Shown here in pieces: positions 32,702-42,050 of a DNA stretch of 64,000 nucleotides. The translations under genes and the position numbers were made by a program. Source of the stretch: Rhodothermales bacterium (GTDB taxonomy: Bacteria; Bacteroidota; Rhodothermia; Rhodothermales; VXPQ01). Location of the stretch: contig OX638295.1 in the NCBI GenBank assembly GCA_951812345.1, positions 748,497 through 812,496 of the forward strand, given 5' to 3'. Numbering within the stretch: the first letter of the stretch is position 1; each line of letters begins with the position of its first letter. Under the pieces are notes generated by a model. The model was not told the DNA's origin. It saw nothing but the letters and a program-made list of their open reading frames with translations, and did not search any database.

Positions 32702-33552
32702 GCGTCCCGCAAGGCGGCCTCCAGTTCGGCGATCGCTCGCGCCAGTTCGTCTTGCGAGGGCACTTTGTGGTGCCACTCCACCCGGTCTTCCATGAACGAG
32801 ACCCCCCTGCCCTTATGGGTATGGGCGATGATGCACGAAGGCTTGCCTGGTTCGAAGGGCAGGCGGCCGAAGATATGAAGCAATGCCTTGTAGTCATGCC
32901 CGTCCACATGATCCACTGCCCAGCCGAAGGCCCGCCACTTGTCGGCCAGTGGATCCAGCCGATTGGTGTTGGCTGTGGCGTCTCCCTGTTGCAGCCCGTT
33001 CCGGTCGATGATCAGCGTCAGGTTGTCCAGGCTGCGATGCCCGGCGGTCATGGCCGCTTCCCAGTTGCTTCCTTCCTGCAATTCCCCGTCCCCGGTCAGC
33101 ACGAATACGCGCCATGCGGCCCGGTCCAGTTTTCCTCCAATGGCGGCTCCCACGGCCACGGGAAGGCCATGTCCCAACGGCCCCGTATTCGTTTCCACGC
33201 CGGGGGCCTTGGTCCGGTCGGGGTGGCCGTTGAGCCGGGAGAGCGGCTGCATGTAGGTGTCGAGTTCCTCCAGAGGAAAGAAGCCCGCATACGCCAGCGC
33301 AGTATAGAGGGCCCCCGAGCAATGACCCTTGCTCATGATGAATCGGTCCCGGTTCGGATCCGCCGGGTCGTCCGGGTTCACCGACAGCACTTCACCGTAG
33401 AGGGTCGTCAGAATATCGGCTGCCGACAGATCGCCGCCGGTATGCCCCATGCCGGCTTCATGGATCATGCGCAGGTTGCGCCGACGCATTTCGTTGGCCT
33501 GACGGCGTAGCCGCTCGATCTTCCGGGCAATGGATGTGTGCGCTTCGGACAT
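32698..33552 (-). CDS. transketolase N-terminal subunit (AptA-like)
   Basis: GHTGGDLS, MSKGH, NTGPLGHG and GDGELQEGSNWEA (TPP motif). Confidence 0.92.
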   Translation of the reverse strand: MSEAHTSIARKIERLRRQANEMRRRNLRMIHEAGMGHTGGDLSAADILTTLYGEVLSVNPDDPADPNRDRFIMSKGHCSGALYTALAYAGFFPLEELDTYMQPLSRLNGHPDRTKAPGVETNTGPLGHGLPVAVGAAIGGKLDRAAWRVFVLTGDGELQEGSNWEAAMTAGHRSLDNLTLIIDRNGLQQGDATANTNRLDPLADKWRAFGWAVDHVDGHDYKALLHIFGRLPFEPGKPSCIIAHTHKGRGVSFMEDRVEWHHKVPSQDELARAIAELEAALRDA

Positions 33553-33572
33553 GGGGCATTGGGCGAAACGGC

Positions 33573-34907
33573 TCAGAATCGCGTGTTGACGATGTTGGCG
33601 AAGTCGGATCCGAACGTATATGAAAGGGCAATGGACCCGGAGAGTTCGAAGTCCGTCGCCAGTTCGCGTTGCTGCAGCAGGATTTCTTCCAGGGAGGCAT
33701 TACCGGCGGGAAGCGCCAGTTGATCCTGGACCATTTCAAAATCCCCCTGTATGCGGAGCGATAACCCCTCCAGCAGTCGTACCGAAACGTACCCGAATAA
33801 TTCGGCGCTGCGCTTGGTCACGTCGTGGAAATAATGAGACCCTTCTATGCCCCCGTAGATATCGCCCCACGGTTGCCGGATCGCCACGGAAGCTTCCAGT
33901 TGCTGTTGCAGGAGCGTTTCTTTGGTTTCGTTGAAGATGGTTTGCTCGAAGTAATCCACGTAGGAGTACCCGAGTCTGTACACGACGGTTATGGCGCGGC
34001 GCGTGGCCTGTTCGTAGGGGAGCACACTGTACTCGACGCCCGGCGCCACTTCGCCCCAGTGCCGGAGATTTCGGTCGTTGCGGGTTATATAGTCTCCGAA
34101 GAGGCCCACCGACCAGTGCTGACCGAGGCTCCGGATGGCGTAACTGTCGAAGCCGTGCCGGGAGAGGCTGCTTCTTACGTCAGGCTGATCCTCCCGTTTG
34201 ATTTTCACCAGATCGTAGTTGAAGTAGGGGCGCAGGCGTATTTTCCACTGTTCGCTTATATGATCGGCGTAGAAGCCCCAGCGGGCGTCGAACACTGTCC
34301 GATTGGATTCTTTTTCCAGTTCGATGCCTCCTGCGTAGGCCGTGAATATCCAGTGCCTCCATTCGTCGTGCGTTTGCGCACCGGCCCCTTCCTGATTTTC
34401 TCTGGAGTAGTCGAGCGAGAATCCGGAGATGGATTGCACCTGCGCGACGTACGGCACGAGGCCCAGCCGGATTGCCGAGTTGACAGCTTCGCGGGCCTCG
34501 TCGTTCGTTGCATTCTGGCCCACTGTGTGCTCGAACGTGTACTCGACGCTGGCGTAATCGCCGCGCCCCAGAAACGAAAGTTGGTACTGCCGCCCGTTGC
34601 TGCCCGTACGCTGATCGGTGATGAATACGTGCACATCGGCCTGCTCCGGATCGCGCACGTAGTTCACGAAGGTGATTTCGCTGCGGATGTGGTTAAAATC
34701 ACAGCGGTCGCAATCCAGATAGACACGCAATGCGTTGCTTGCCGGGAGGGCGGCATGCAGCGTGTCGGACAAGATGTCCTGGGCTGCCAGCGGGGCAGGG
34801 AGGGCAAGACATCCCCAAAGGAGCAGTCGGCAAAGGATGCGGCACGGTATCCGCCGCTGAGAAAAAGGCATGAACGGAATTTCGGTTTTTTCTTTACTTT
34901 CCAGCAA
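33573..34907 (-). CDS. uncharacterised outer-membrane protein
   Basis: Signal peptide ending LAAQ, VYLDCDRC motif, aromatic-rich amphipathic strands, terminal Phe. Confidence 0.7.
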   Translation of the reverse strand: MLESKEKTEIPFMPFSQRRIPCRILCRLLLWGCLALPAPLAAQDILSDTLHAALPASNALRVYLDCDRCDFNHIRSEITFVNYVRDPEQADVHVFITDQRTGSNGRQYQLSFLGRGDYASVEYTFEHTVGQNATNDEAREAVNSAIRLGLVPYVAQVQSISGFSLDYSRENQEGAGAQTHDEWRHWIFTAYAGGIELEKESNRTVFDARWGFYADHISEQWKIRLRPYFNYDLVKIKREDQPDVRSSLSRHGFDSYAIRSLGQHWSVGLFGDYITRNDRNLRHWGEVAPGVEYSVLPYEQATRRAITVVYRLGYSYVDYFEQTIFNETKETLLQQQLEASVAIRQPWGDIYGGIEGSHYFHDVTKRSAELFGYVSVRLLEGLSLRIQGDFEMVQDQLALPAGNASLEEILLQQRELATDFELSGSIALSYTFGSDFANIVNTRF

Positions 34908-34919
34908 AGTTATTATTTT

Positions 34920-35906
<987 letters not shown>

Positions 35907-35950
35907 GAGGATAATGTGATTACGATGTACTGTCTGTTCGTGTATGCGCG

Positions 35951-37474
35951 TTAGTCTTTTCCAACCGTCACGATGATCCGACGGTACCGGTACAGAACGG
36001 GTTCGCCGTCGTCATGTGCCGTGAGAATGACTTGAATCTCTGCGCCGACAGCATTTTCCGGGACGACAAGGCTTGCTTCCATGGACGAAGCATTCGTTAT
36101 GGAGACATCGCCCGGATACGAGCCGGCCTCGGAATAGACCCACCAGTCGAATGTGAGATGGTCTCCATCGGGGTCTGACGATCCCTCGGCGCTCAGGCGA
36201 ATCGTCTCGCCGATGTGTGCGGTGATATGGAGAGGGTCCAGACCGGCGTCGCCGTTCACGACCAGCATCGGGTTGTGGTTCGCCCCGGCGAAGTCCGGCG
36301 TGTTGCTCCAGTCCGCCCGTGCGGCGATGTCGTGCTGGTACCCTTCCCGCCAGCGCCACACCGTGGCGTGGTTCGTGGTGTACGTGTTGCCGTCAAAGGC
36401 CAGCACGGTATCGTCCGAATTGGTCCAGATAGGCCGGGATTCTCCTTCGGGCTGCGATACGGCATAGCGGCCGCCCCAGCCCCCGTAACTCGGGCTGACG
36501 TGTCCGGCCAGCCCGTTCCGGAACAGGTTCATGAACGAGGGGGTGTCGCCTTCCATCAGGTAGGCTGTAGCCGGGTAACGTGTCCCCAGCGGCCCGTGCC
36601 CGGTGCGGATATTTTCCGATAGCCAGGGATTATCGACGATGTCGAAGTTCGGCCCCTCGAACATCCCGTGGAAGTGGTCCCCGGAAATGCCCACCCAGGT
36701 GGCGTATTTGTAGTCGTCACCGTCATGCGGCGAGCTGGGCGTCACTACATAGAACAGGTCGGGAAATTCCTGCCGCATCCAGGGGCCGGAATCGTCCTGG
36801 TCGGAAATCGTGTACACGCGCAGTTTGGCCACGAAGGCGTCCAGTTCTTCCGAGGTGCGCGTCTCGCGGACTTTCCACAGGGCCTGCGCAAGGCAGTTGG
36901 CCCCTCCCCAGACGCTGATCCACAAGGGGCGGTCGTCCTCCTTGTCCACGGCGGCGATGATGTGTTCGGAGCCTTCCGTATCGTTTCCCTTGCCGACGCC
37001 GTTCATGCCGTATACATCCCGGCACGTTTTCACCTGCGAGAGCAGAAAATCCGCCTCCGGGTAGCCGTCGGCGTGTACGATGAGGTTGTTGCGCACTTCA
37101 CGGTATGCCTCGATATGGCCCCGGATTTTGTCCGCCCGTGTGGTGTCCCGCATCCAGACGGACGTGGTGGCGAGCAGGCCCTCTACATCCATTTCGTTGG
37201 CGTAGAGCAGGAAGCGGACGAGCGATTGGGCGTCGTCCGGTTCGTTTTCGATGTCCGTGAGGACGAGCACCCGCGATTTGGAGGATGGAGCGGGCAGGGG
37301 GGCGTTCTGTGCCTCGCCGGCGGAGTTGGAGCAGGCGGTGGGGAGGAGCGTCGCGGCAATGAGCAGGGCTGCGAGCGAGCCTCCGGATTGTTGCACCGGG
37401 GTTTTGCTTTCCGCGGTTTTCGCAGTAAGAATGCGGGCCCCGGCAGGTTCGGAGCATGAGAAGGCGTCGCGCAT
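35951..37474 (-). CDS. DUF1593 (nucleoside-hydrolase-like) lipoprotein with C-terminal Ig-like domain
   Basis: VLTDIENEPDDAQS, WGGANCLAQAL, ISDQDD, MEGDTPS, GGWGGRY and ANHNP motifs. Lipobox PTAC; start uncertain. Confidence 0.85.
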   Translation of the reverse strand: MRDAFSCSEPAGARILTAKTAESKTPVQQSGGSLAALLIAATLLPTACSNSAGEAQNAPLPAPSSKSRVLVLTDIENEPDDAQSLVRFLLYANEMDVEGLLATTSVWMRDTTRADKIRGHIEAYREVRNNLIVHADGYPEADFLLSQVKTCRDVYGMNGVGKGNDTEGSEHIIAAVDKEDDRPLWISVWGGANCLAQALWKVRETRTSEELDAFVAKLRVYTISDQDDSGPWMRQEFPDLFYVVTPSSPHDGDDYKYATWVGISGDHFHGMFEGPNFDIVDNPWLSENIRTGHGPLGTRYPATAYLMEGDTPSFMNLFRNGLAGHVSPSYGGWGGRYAVSQPEGESRPIWTNSDDTVLAFDGNTYTTNHATVWRWREGYQHDIAARADWSNTPDFAGANHNPMLVVNGDAGLDPLHITAHIGETIRLSAEGSSDPDGDHLTFDWWVYSEAGSYPGDVSITNASSMEASLVVPENAVGAEIQVILTAHDDGEPVLYRYRRIIVTVGKD

Positions 37475-37750
37475 GGGGAGAAAAAGGGGCCGGATTTTGT
37501 TCGGGGGGCGTGTTTGGGGCGGCTGGATGGCGGGTGCGTTTGTCCCGGGAGGGCATCTCGTGAAGCGTCGTCCGGGGAGCGTTTATCCTAATTAGACAAG
37601 ATAGGAAGGAGCGAGGAAAAAGGGGGAGGGGAAGGGGAGAGAAAAAGGCGCGGCGCGGTTTGCAGGCGGTTCGAAATCGCCTGTGGGTGGCAATGAGGGC
37701 CCCGTTAATTTTTTACAACCGTCACGATAACCCGGCAGTACCGGGCAGCA

Positions 37751-39118
37751 TTATTCGCTATCAGATTCCAGCCCAGGAGTCCACCAGGCGTCCAGACGGG
37801 CCCGCAGTTCCCGGATGCGTTCGGCCTGTTCGGGATGCTGCGCCAGATTCACGTTTTCCAGCGGGTCTTCCGCCAGATGGTAGAGTTCCAGCGGCTCGTT
37901 CTCGATTTCAGGGAGGATGAGCTTCCAGTTGCCTGCCCGGATCCAGCGAAACAACACGTTGGCGTCCGGACGATCCCAATCTTTGGCTGTGTGTCTGAAA
38001 ATGCTGCCGAATACGGCGTCGCGGGCAAGCGGCTCGCCGTGCAAGGCTCTTGGCAGGAGGTTCAGCCCCGGAAGGTTTTCGGGGATATCGAGTCCCGCTG
38101 CGGCAAGGCTGGTCGGCAACAGGTCGATCGAGCTGACAAGTTTGTCGGAAACTCCGGGGGCGATACGGCCGGCCCAATGCAGAAGGACGGGCGTGCGCAC
38201 GCCCAGATCGTACTGGGACTGCTTGCTCTTCCAGTGCGGAGGGCGGACGGTCCCGTCGCTGCGGTCAACCAGCCGGTCCGCCTCGTTTTCCGCGGTCACC
38301 CAGCCATTGTCGACGATGAAGATAAACATCGTTTCTTCGTATTCGCCTTCCTCTTTCATCAGGTCGATCAGTTCGCCCACGGTCGCATCGAACCAGAGAA
38401 TGCTCGCATAGTATCGCAACGTCCGTTCGTGCAGGCCGAGGTCGGCGAACGGCGTCTCGTATTCAGCGGGGGCATTGTGGGGCAGGTGCGGCAGAAACGG
38501 CGCATACCAGATGAACATGGGTTCGTTCTTGTGCCGCTGTACGAAATCGCGGATCGGCTCCATCCCCTTCCGGCCTATGGTGAGACCGAGGTCGCCGTGG
38601 CGTTCTCCGACGGTCATGCCTTCACTGAATCCGCCGTTCCGGTAGGAGCCTTCCCAGAACTTTCCGGTCTGCAGGCTTGCATAGTCCGCTTCCGCCAGGA
38701 GCGAGGGGGCGGGGCGTTGCCGCAGGAGGAGCTGGTTCACTATGCCTCTTCGTACTCCAGGCTCGGGGTCGTTGAAGGTCAATCCGTGCTCATGCTGGTG
38801 CTTGCCTGTGATCATCGTAGCCAGACTGGGACGGCACAGGCTGGTTGGATTGTAGCCGTGGCGAAAGACCAGCGATTGCGCTGCAAGGTCGTCAATCCGC
38901 GGGGTTTGCACCACGTCATGTCCCATGAACCCGAAATCGGTGAAGGACTGATCGTCGGAGATAATCCAGACGATATTGGGGAGCGGGGCCAGATTCGACC
39001 CGGCAGGATCGTTTACATCGGGGATCTGTGCAGCGTTTTCGCCGCTGCAGCCGATGAATGCTAGAGCAGCGAAGAAGGAAACAATGGGCGCGAGTATACC
39101 TGGGCGGAGTGGGGTCAT
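37751..39118 (-). CDS. S1 sulfatase lipoprotein
   Basis: PNIVWIISDD, SLCRPSL..TG, TGKFW, PHLPH and DNG motifs. Start placed at MTPLRP. Confidence 0.88.
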   Translation of the reverse strand: MTPLRPGILAPIVSFFAALAFIGCSGENAAQIPDVNDPAGSNLAPLPNIVWIISDDQSFTDFGFMGHDVVQTPRIDDLAAQSLVFRHGYNPTSLCRPSLATMITGKHQHEHGLTFNDPEPGVRRGIVNQLLLRQRPAPSLLAEADYASLQTGKFWEGSYRNGGFSEGMTVGERHGDLGLTIGRKGMEPIRDFVQRHKNEPMFIWYAPFLPHLPHNAPAEYETPFADLGLHERTLRYYASILWFDATVGELIDLMKEEGEYEETMFIFIVDNGWVTAENEADRLVDRSDGTVRPPHWKSKQSQYDLGVRTPVLLHWAGRIAPGVSDKLVSSIDLLPTSLAAAGLDIPENLPGLNLLPRALHGEPLARDAVFGSIFRHTAKDWDRPDANVLFRWIRAGNWKLILPEIENEPLELYHLAEDPLENVNLAQHPEQAERIRELRARLDAWWTPGLESDSE

Positions 39119-39148
39119 CGGTAATGAGGGGTGCTGGCTATATTTCCA

Positions 39149-39179
39149 TGCAATTATGCATTTTAAATGCATAATTGCA
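39149..39179. promoter_or_regulatory. perfect 31-bp palindrome, candidate operator of the divergent sulfatases
   Basis: TGCAATTATGCATTT-T-AAATGCATAATTGCA in the AT-rich intergenic region. Confidence 0.7.
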
Positions 39180-39257
39180 ATAAAAAATCCAGTCCATCCC
39201 CCTTGCAGCCCCCTGTCATATATTATTGCTCCATGTCCGTTCAAACGACGCTGCGCC

Positions 39258-40835
39258 ATGCGTTCCATGTATCGCTTGCCCATCCACGTATGTTCGATTA
39301 CCGCGCTGCTCGTTGTGCTTGCAGCGGCAACGGCCTGCCAGGCGCAAACGCCTTCCCCTGTCGCCTCCCGCCCGAACATCATTTTTCTTCTCACCGACGA
39401 TCAGCGGGCGGACGCCCTCGGAATCTCCGGTCACCCGGTGCTTGAGACGCCCCACATCGACCGGCTCGCGCGTGACGGTGTCCGGTTCACAGAGGCCCAT
39501 GTCGTGGCGCCTGTGTGCATGCCGAGCCGCGTGAGTTTCATGAACGGGCAGTACGAGCGCGTGCATCGGATCGGTTTCTCGTCGCCGAATGTGCTTTCGG
39601 AAACCCAGTGGAATCAAACCTATCCCGCCCTATTGCGCAACGCAGGCTATCACGTCGGATTCGTCGGGAAAATCGGTCTCCAGCAATATTCGTTTCGCGG
39701 CAGCCCGCTCGAAAAGTTCGATTTCTGGCGGGGCCATGACGACTGGGCGCGGTTCTGGCCCAAGGAGTTCGATCATCTCGCTATTTACCACGACTCGGAG
39801 GGCGAGATCGTAACCCCGATCATGAGCGAGAGCATCGAGCGTTTTCTCGACCAGGCGCCCGCCGATCGCCCGTTTATGCTATCGGTCAGTTTTTCGGCGC
39901 CGCACGGGTCCATTTCCGGCAGTATGCTTTATCCGGACGAACAGGGCACGGATCGTATGTTCACCCCTGCGAACACGCATCCCGAACTGCTGGATCACCC
40001 GGTGTACGGTTCCTTGTACCGGGATCGCGAGATTGCGCTTCCGGCTTCCCGGGGAGACGATACGGCGCAGCATATTCCGCTCGACGTGCACCCGCGCGAA
40101 GGGCGCATGACCACGTATTCGTACAGCTACGCTGGCGACGAGGTGCTGCGGGAGTATCATATTCGTTACTACCAGTTGATCCATGGACTGGATATCGCGG
40201 TCGGCAAACTGCGCGAGAGCCTCGAACGGCGGGGTCTGGCGGACAACACGATCGTCATTTTTTCGAGCGATCACGGGTTGTTGATGGGCGAGTATTCGAT
40301 GGGCGGCAAATCCCTGCTCTACGATGTGGCTACGCGCGTTCCGCTCATCGTGTACGACCCGCGAATGCCGGTCGGCGAGCGCGGCGTGACAATCGACGAG
40401 CTTGCGCTCAGCATCGATGTCCCGGCGACCATCGTTTCCTACGCCGGTCTGGATGCGCCGCAGACCATGCAGGGGCGCAGCCTGTGTCCGCTTATCGAGA
40501 ATCCCGAGGCGTCATGGCGGGACGAGATATTCCTTGAAAGCCTCTTCCTGCTGCGTACGGGCCCTTTCATCGAGGCTGTCCGGACGAAGGAATGGAAATA
40601 CGTCCGTTATTTTCGCAGCGATACGTCGCAGTACACTGCGCAAGATGTGGATTTCGAGGGGCGAGCGCCGGATTTCGAGCAATTGTTCGATCTGGTCAAC
40701 GATCCTGCCGAGGAGCGCAACCTGATCGGAGACACATCGCAAGCGGCCCGGATTGCTGCGTTCCGGGAACGCAGCAAGCAATACTCGATGGAACTGGTGC
40801 GGGCCGGCAAGGATATGAAGAAGTATCCCCGGTAG
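39258..40835 (+). CDS. S1 sulfatase
   Basis: RPNIIFLLTDD, VCMPSR, APH, SSDHG and RVPLIVYDP motifs. Confidence 0.92.
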   Translation: MRSMYRLPIHVCSITALLVVLAAATACQAQTPSPVASRPNIIFLLTDDQRADALGISGHPVLETPHIDRLARDGVRFTEAHVVAPVCMPSRVSFMNGQYERVHRIGFSSPNVLSETQWNQTYPALLRNAGYHVGFVGKIGLQQYSFRGSPLEKFDFWRGHDDWARFWPKEFDHLAIYHDSEGEIVTPIMSESIERFLDQAPADRPFMLSVSFSAPHGSISGSMLYPDEQGTDRMFTPANTHPELLDHPVYGSLYRDREIALPASRGDDTAQHIPLDVHPREGRMTTYSYSYAGDEVLREYHIRYYQLIHGLDIAVGKLRESLERRGLADNTIVIFSSDHGLLMGEYSMGGKSLLYDVATRVPLIVYDPRMPVGERGVTIDELALSIDVPATIVSYAGLDAPQTMQGRSLCPLIENPEASWRDEIFLESLFLLRTGPFIEAVRTKEWKYVRYFRSDTSQYTAQDVDFEGRAPDFEQLFDLVNDPAEERNLIGDTSQAARIAAFRERSKQYSMELVRAGKDMKKYPR

Positions 40836-40863
40836 AATGAACCATGTATGAGGCAGGTGCAAA

Positions 40864-42024
40864 ATGACTCGATATAATTATATACATAACTATATACGGT
40901 ATCTGTTTTTGCCGGTCCTGGCGTGTCTATGCGCTGTAAACGCCCTGCCGGTGGAAGCGTCCGACACGGAGACCATTTCTACCCCAAGCACTTGTGAAGT
41001 AGGCGATCTGGTATGGAGCGACGAATTCGACGAGGATGGTCTTCCGAACTCTTCGAATTGGCGCTATGAAACAGGAGGACACGGATGGGGCAATCAGGAG
41101 TTGCAGTTTTACACGATAGCACGTTCGAAGAATGCTCGGGTAGAGGACGGAAGCCTGATCATCGAGGCGCACCAGGAGTCCTTTTCAGGCAGCGGTTATA
41201 CGTCCACCCGTTTGCTTTCGAGGCAGGAATGGACCTACGGCCGGTTCGAGGCCAGCGCCATCCTGCCGTCCGGCAGAGGAACATGGCCCGCCATATGGAT
41301 GCTGCCGGATCTGAGCCAATATGGAGGGTGGCCCCGGGCCGGCGAGATTGACATCATGGAGCATGTGGGGTTTGAGCCGGACCGGGTTCATTCCACAATG
41401 CATACAGAAGCATACAATCATTTGAGGGGTACGCAAAAGGGCGCATACATCACGGTGCCGACGGCCCGTTCGGCATTCAATGTGTATGCGGTGGAATGGA
41501 CGCCGTCCGAGATACGCAGCTATGTCAATGACACGCATTATTTTACGTTTCGGAACGAACGCTTGACCAATCCGCAAGCCGACGATCGGCACTGGCCGTT
41601 CGATCACCCGTTCCATTTTATTTTCAACATCGCCGTGGGCGGGACCTGGGGCGGGCAGCAGGGGATAGATCCGAACATCTGGCCCCAGCAGCTCCAGGTC
41701 GACTATGTACGCGTGTACGAATGCGGCGGGGTGGTCAGCATCGAATCCGAAGAGTTACCTGAAAGTGTCGGACTCGATCAGAACTATCCCAATCCGTTCA
41801 ATCCCGAAACGTCCATTCGTTTCGCGTTGCCTCGAACGGGCCATGTCCGCCTTGCCGTGTACGATGCGGTCGGCAGGGAGGTGGCGGTGCTGGTGGATGG
41901 GGTACGGGCGCAAGGAACCCACACGCAAATTTTCGAGGCGCCGGGCTTGCCGACGGGCGTGTACCTGTACGAACTGTCCACGCCCGAAACGGTTTTGACG
42001 AAAAGGATGGTATTCGTCAAATAG
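40864..42024 (+). CDS. GH16 laminarinase-like glycoside hydrolase with T9SS C-terminal domain
   Basis: WSDEFD, WPAIWML and GEIDIME motifs; QNYPNPFNP..VYD..GREV sorting domain. Confidence 0.93.
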   Translation: MTRYNYIHNYIRYLFLPVLACLCAVNALPVEASDTETISTPSTCEVGDLVWSDEFDEDGLPNSSNWRYETGGHGWGNQELQFYTIARSKNARVEDGSLIIEAHQESFSGSGYTSTRLLSRQEWTYGRFEASAILPSGRGTWPAIWMLPDLSQYGGWPRAGEIDIMEHVGFEPDRVHSTMHTEAYNHLRGTQKGAYITVPTARSAFNVYAVEWTPSEIRSYVNDTHYFTFRNERLTNPQADDRHWPFDHPFHFIFNIAVGGTWGGQQGIDPNIWPQQLQVDYVRVYECGGVVSIESEELPESVGLDQNYPNPFNPETSIRFALPRTGHVRLAVYDAVGREVAVLVDGVRAQGTHTQIFEAPGLPTGVYLYELSTPETVLTKRMVFVK

Positions 42025-42050
42025 ATCGGGAGGGGCTCAACAAACGCCAT

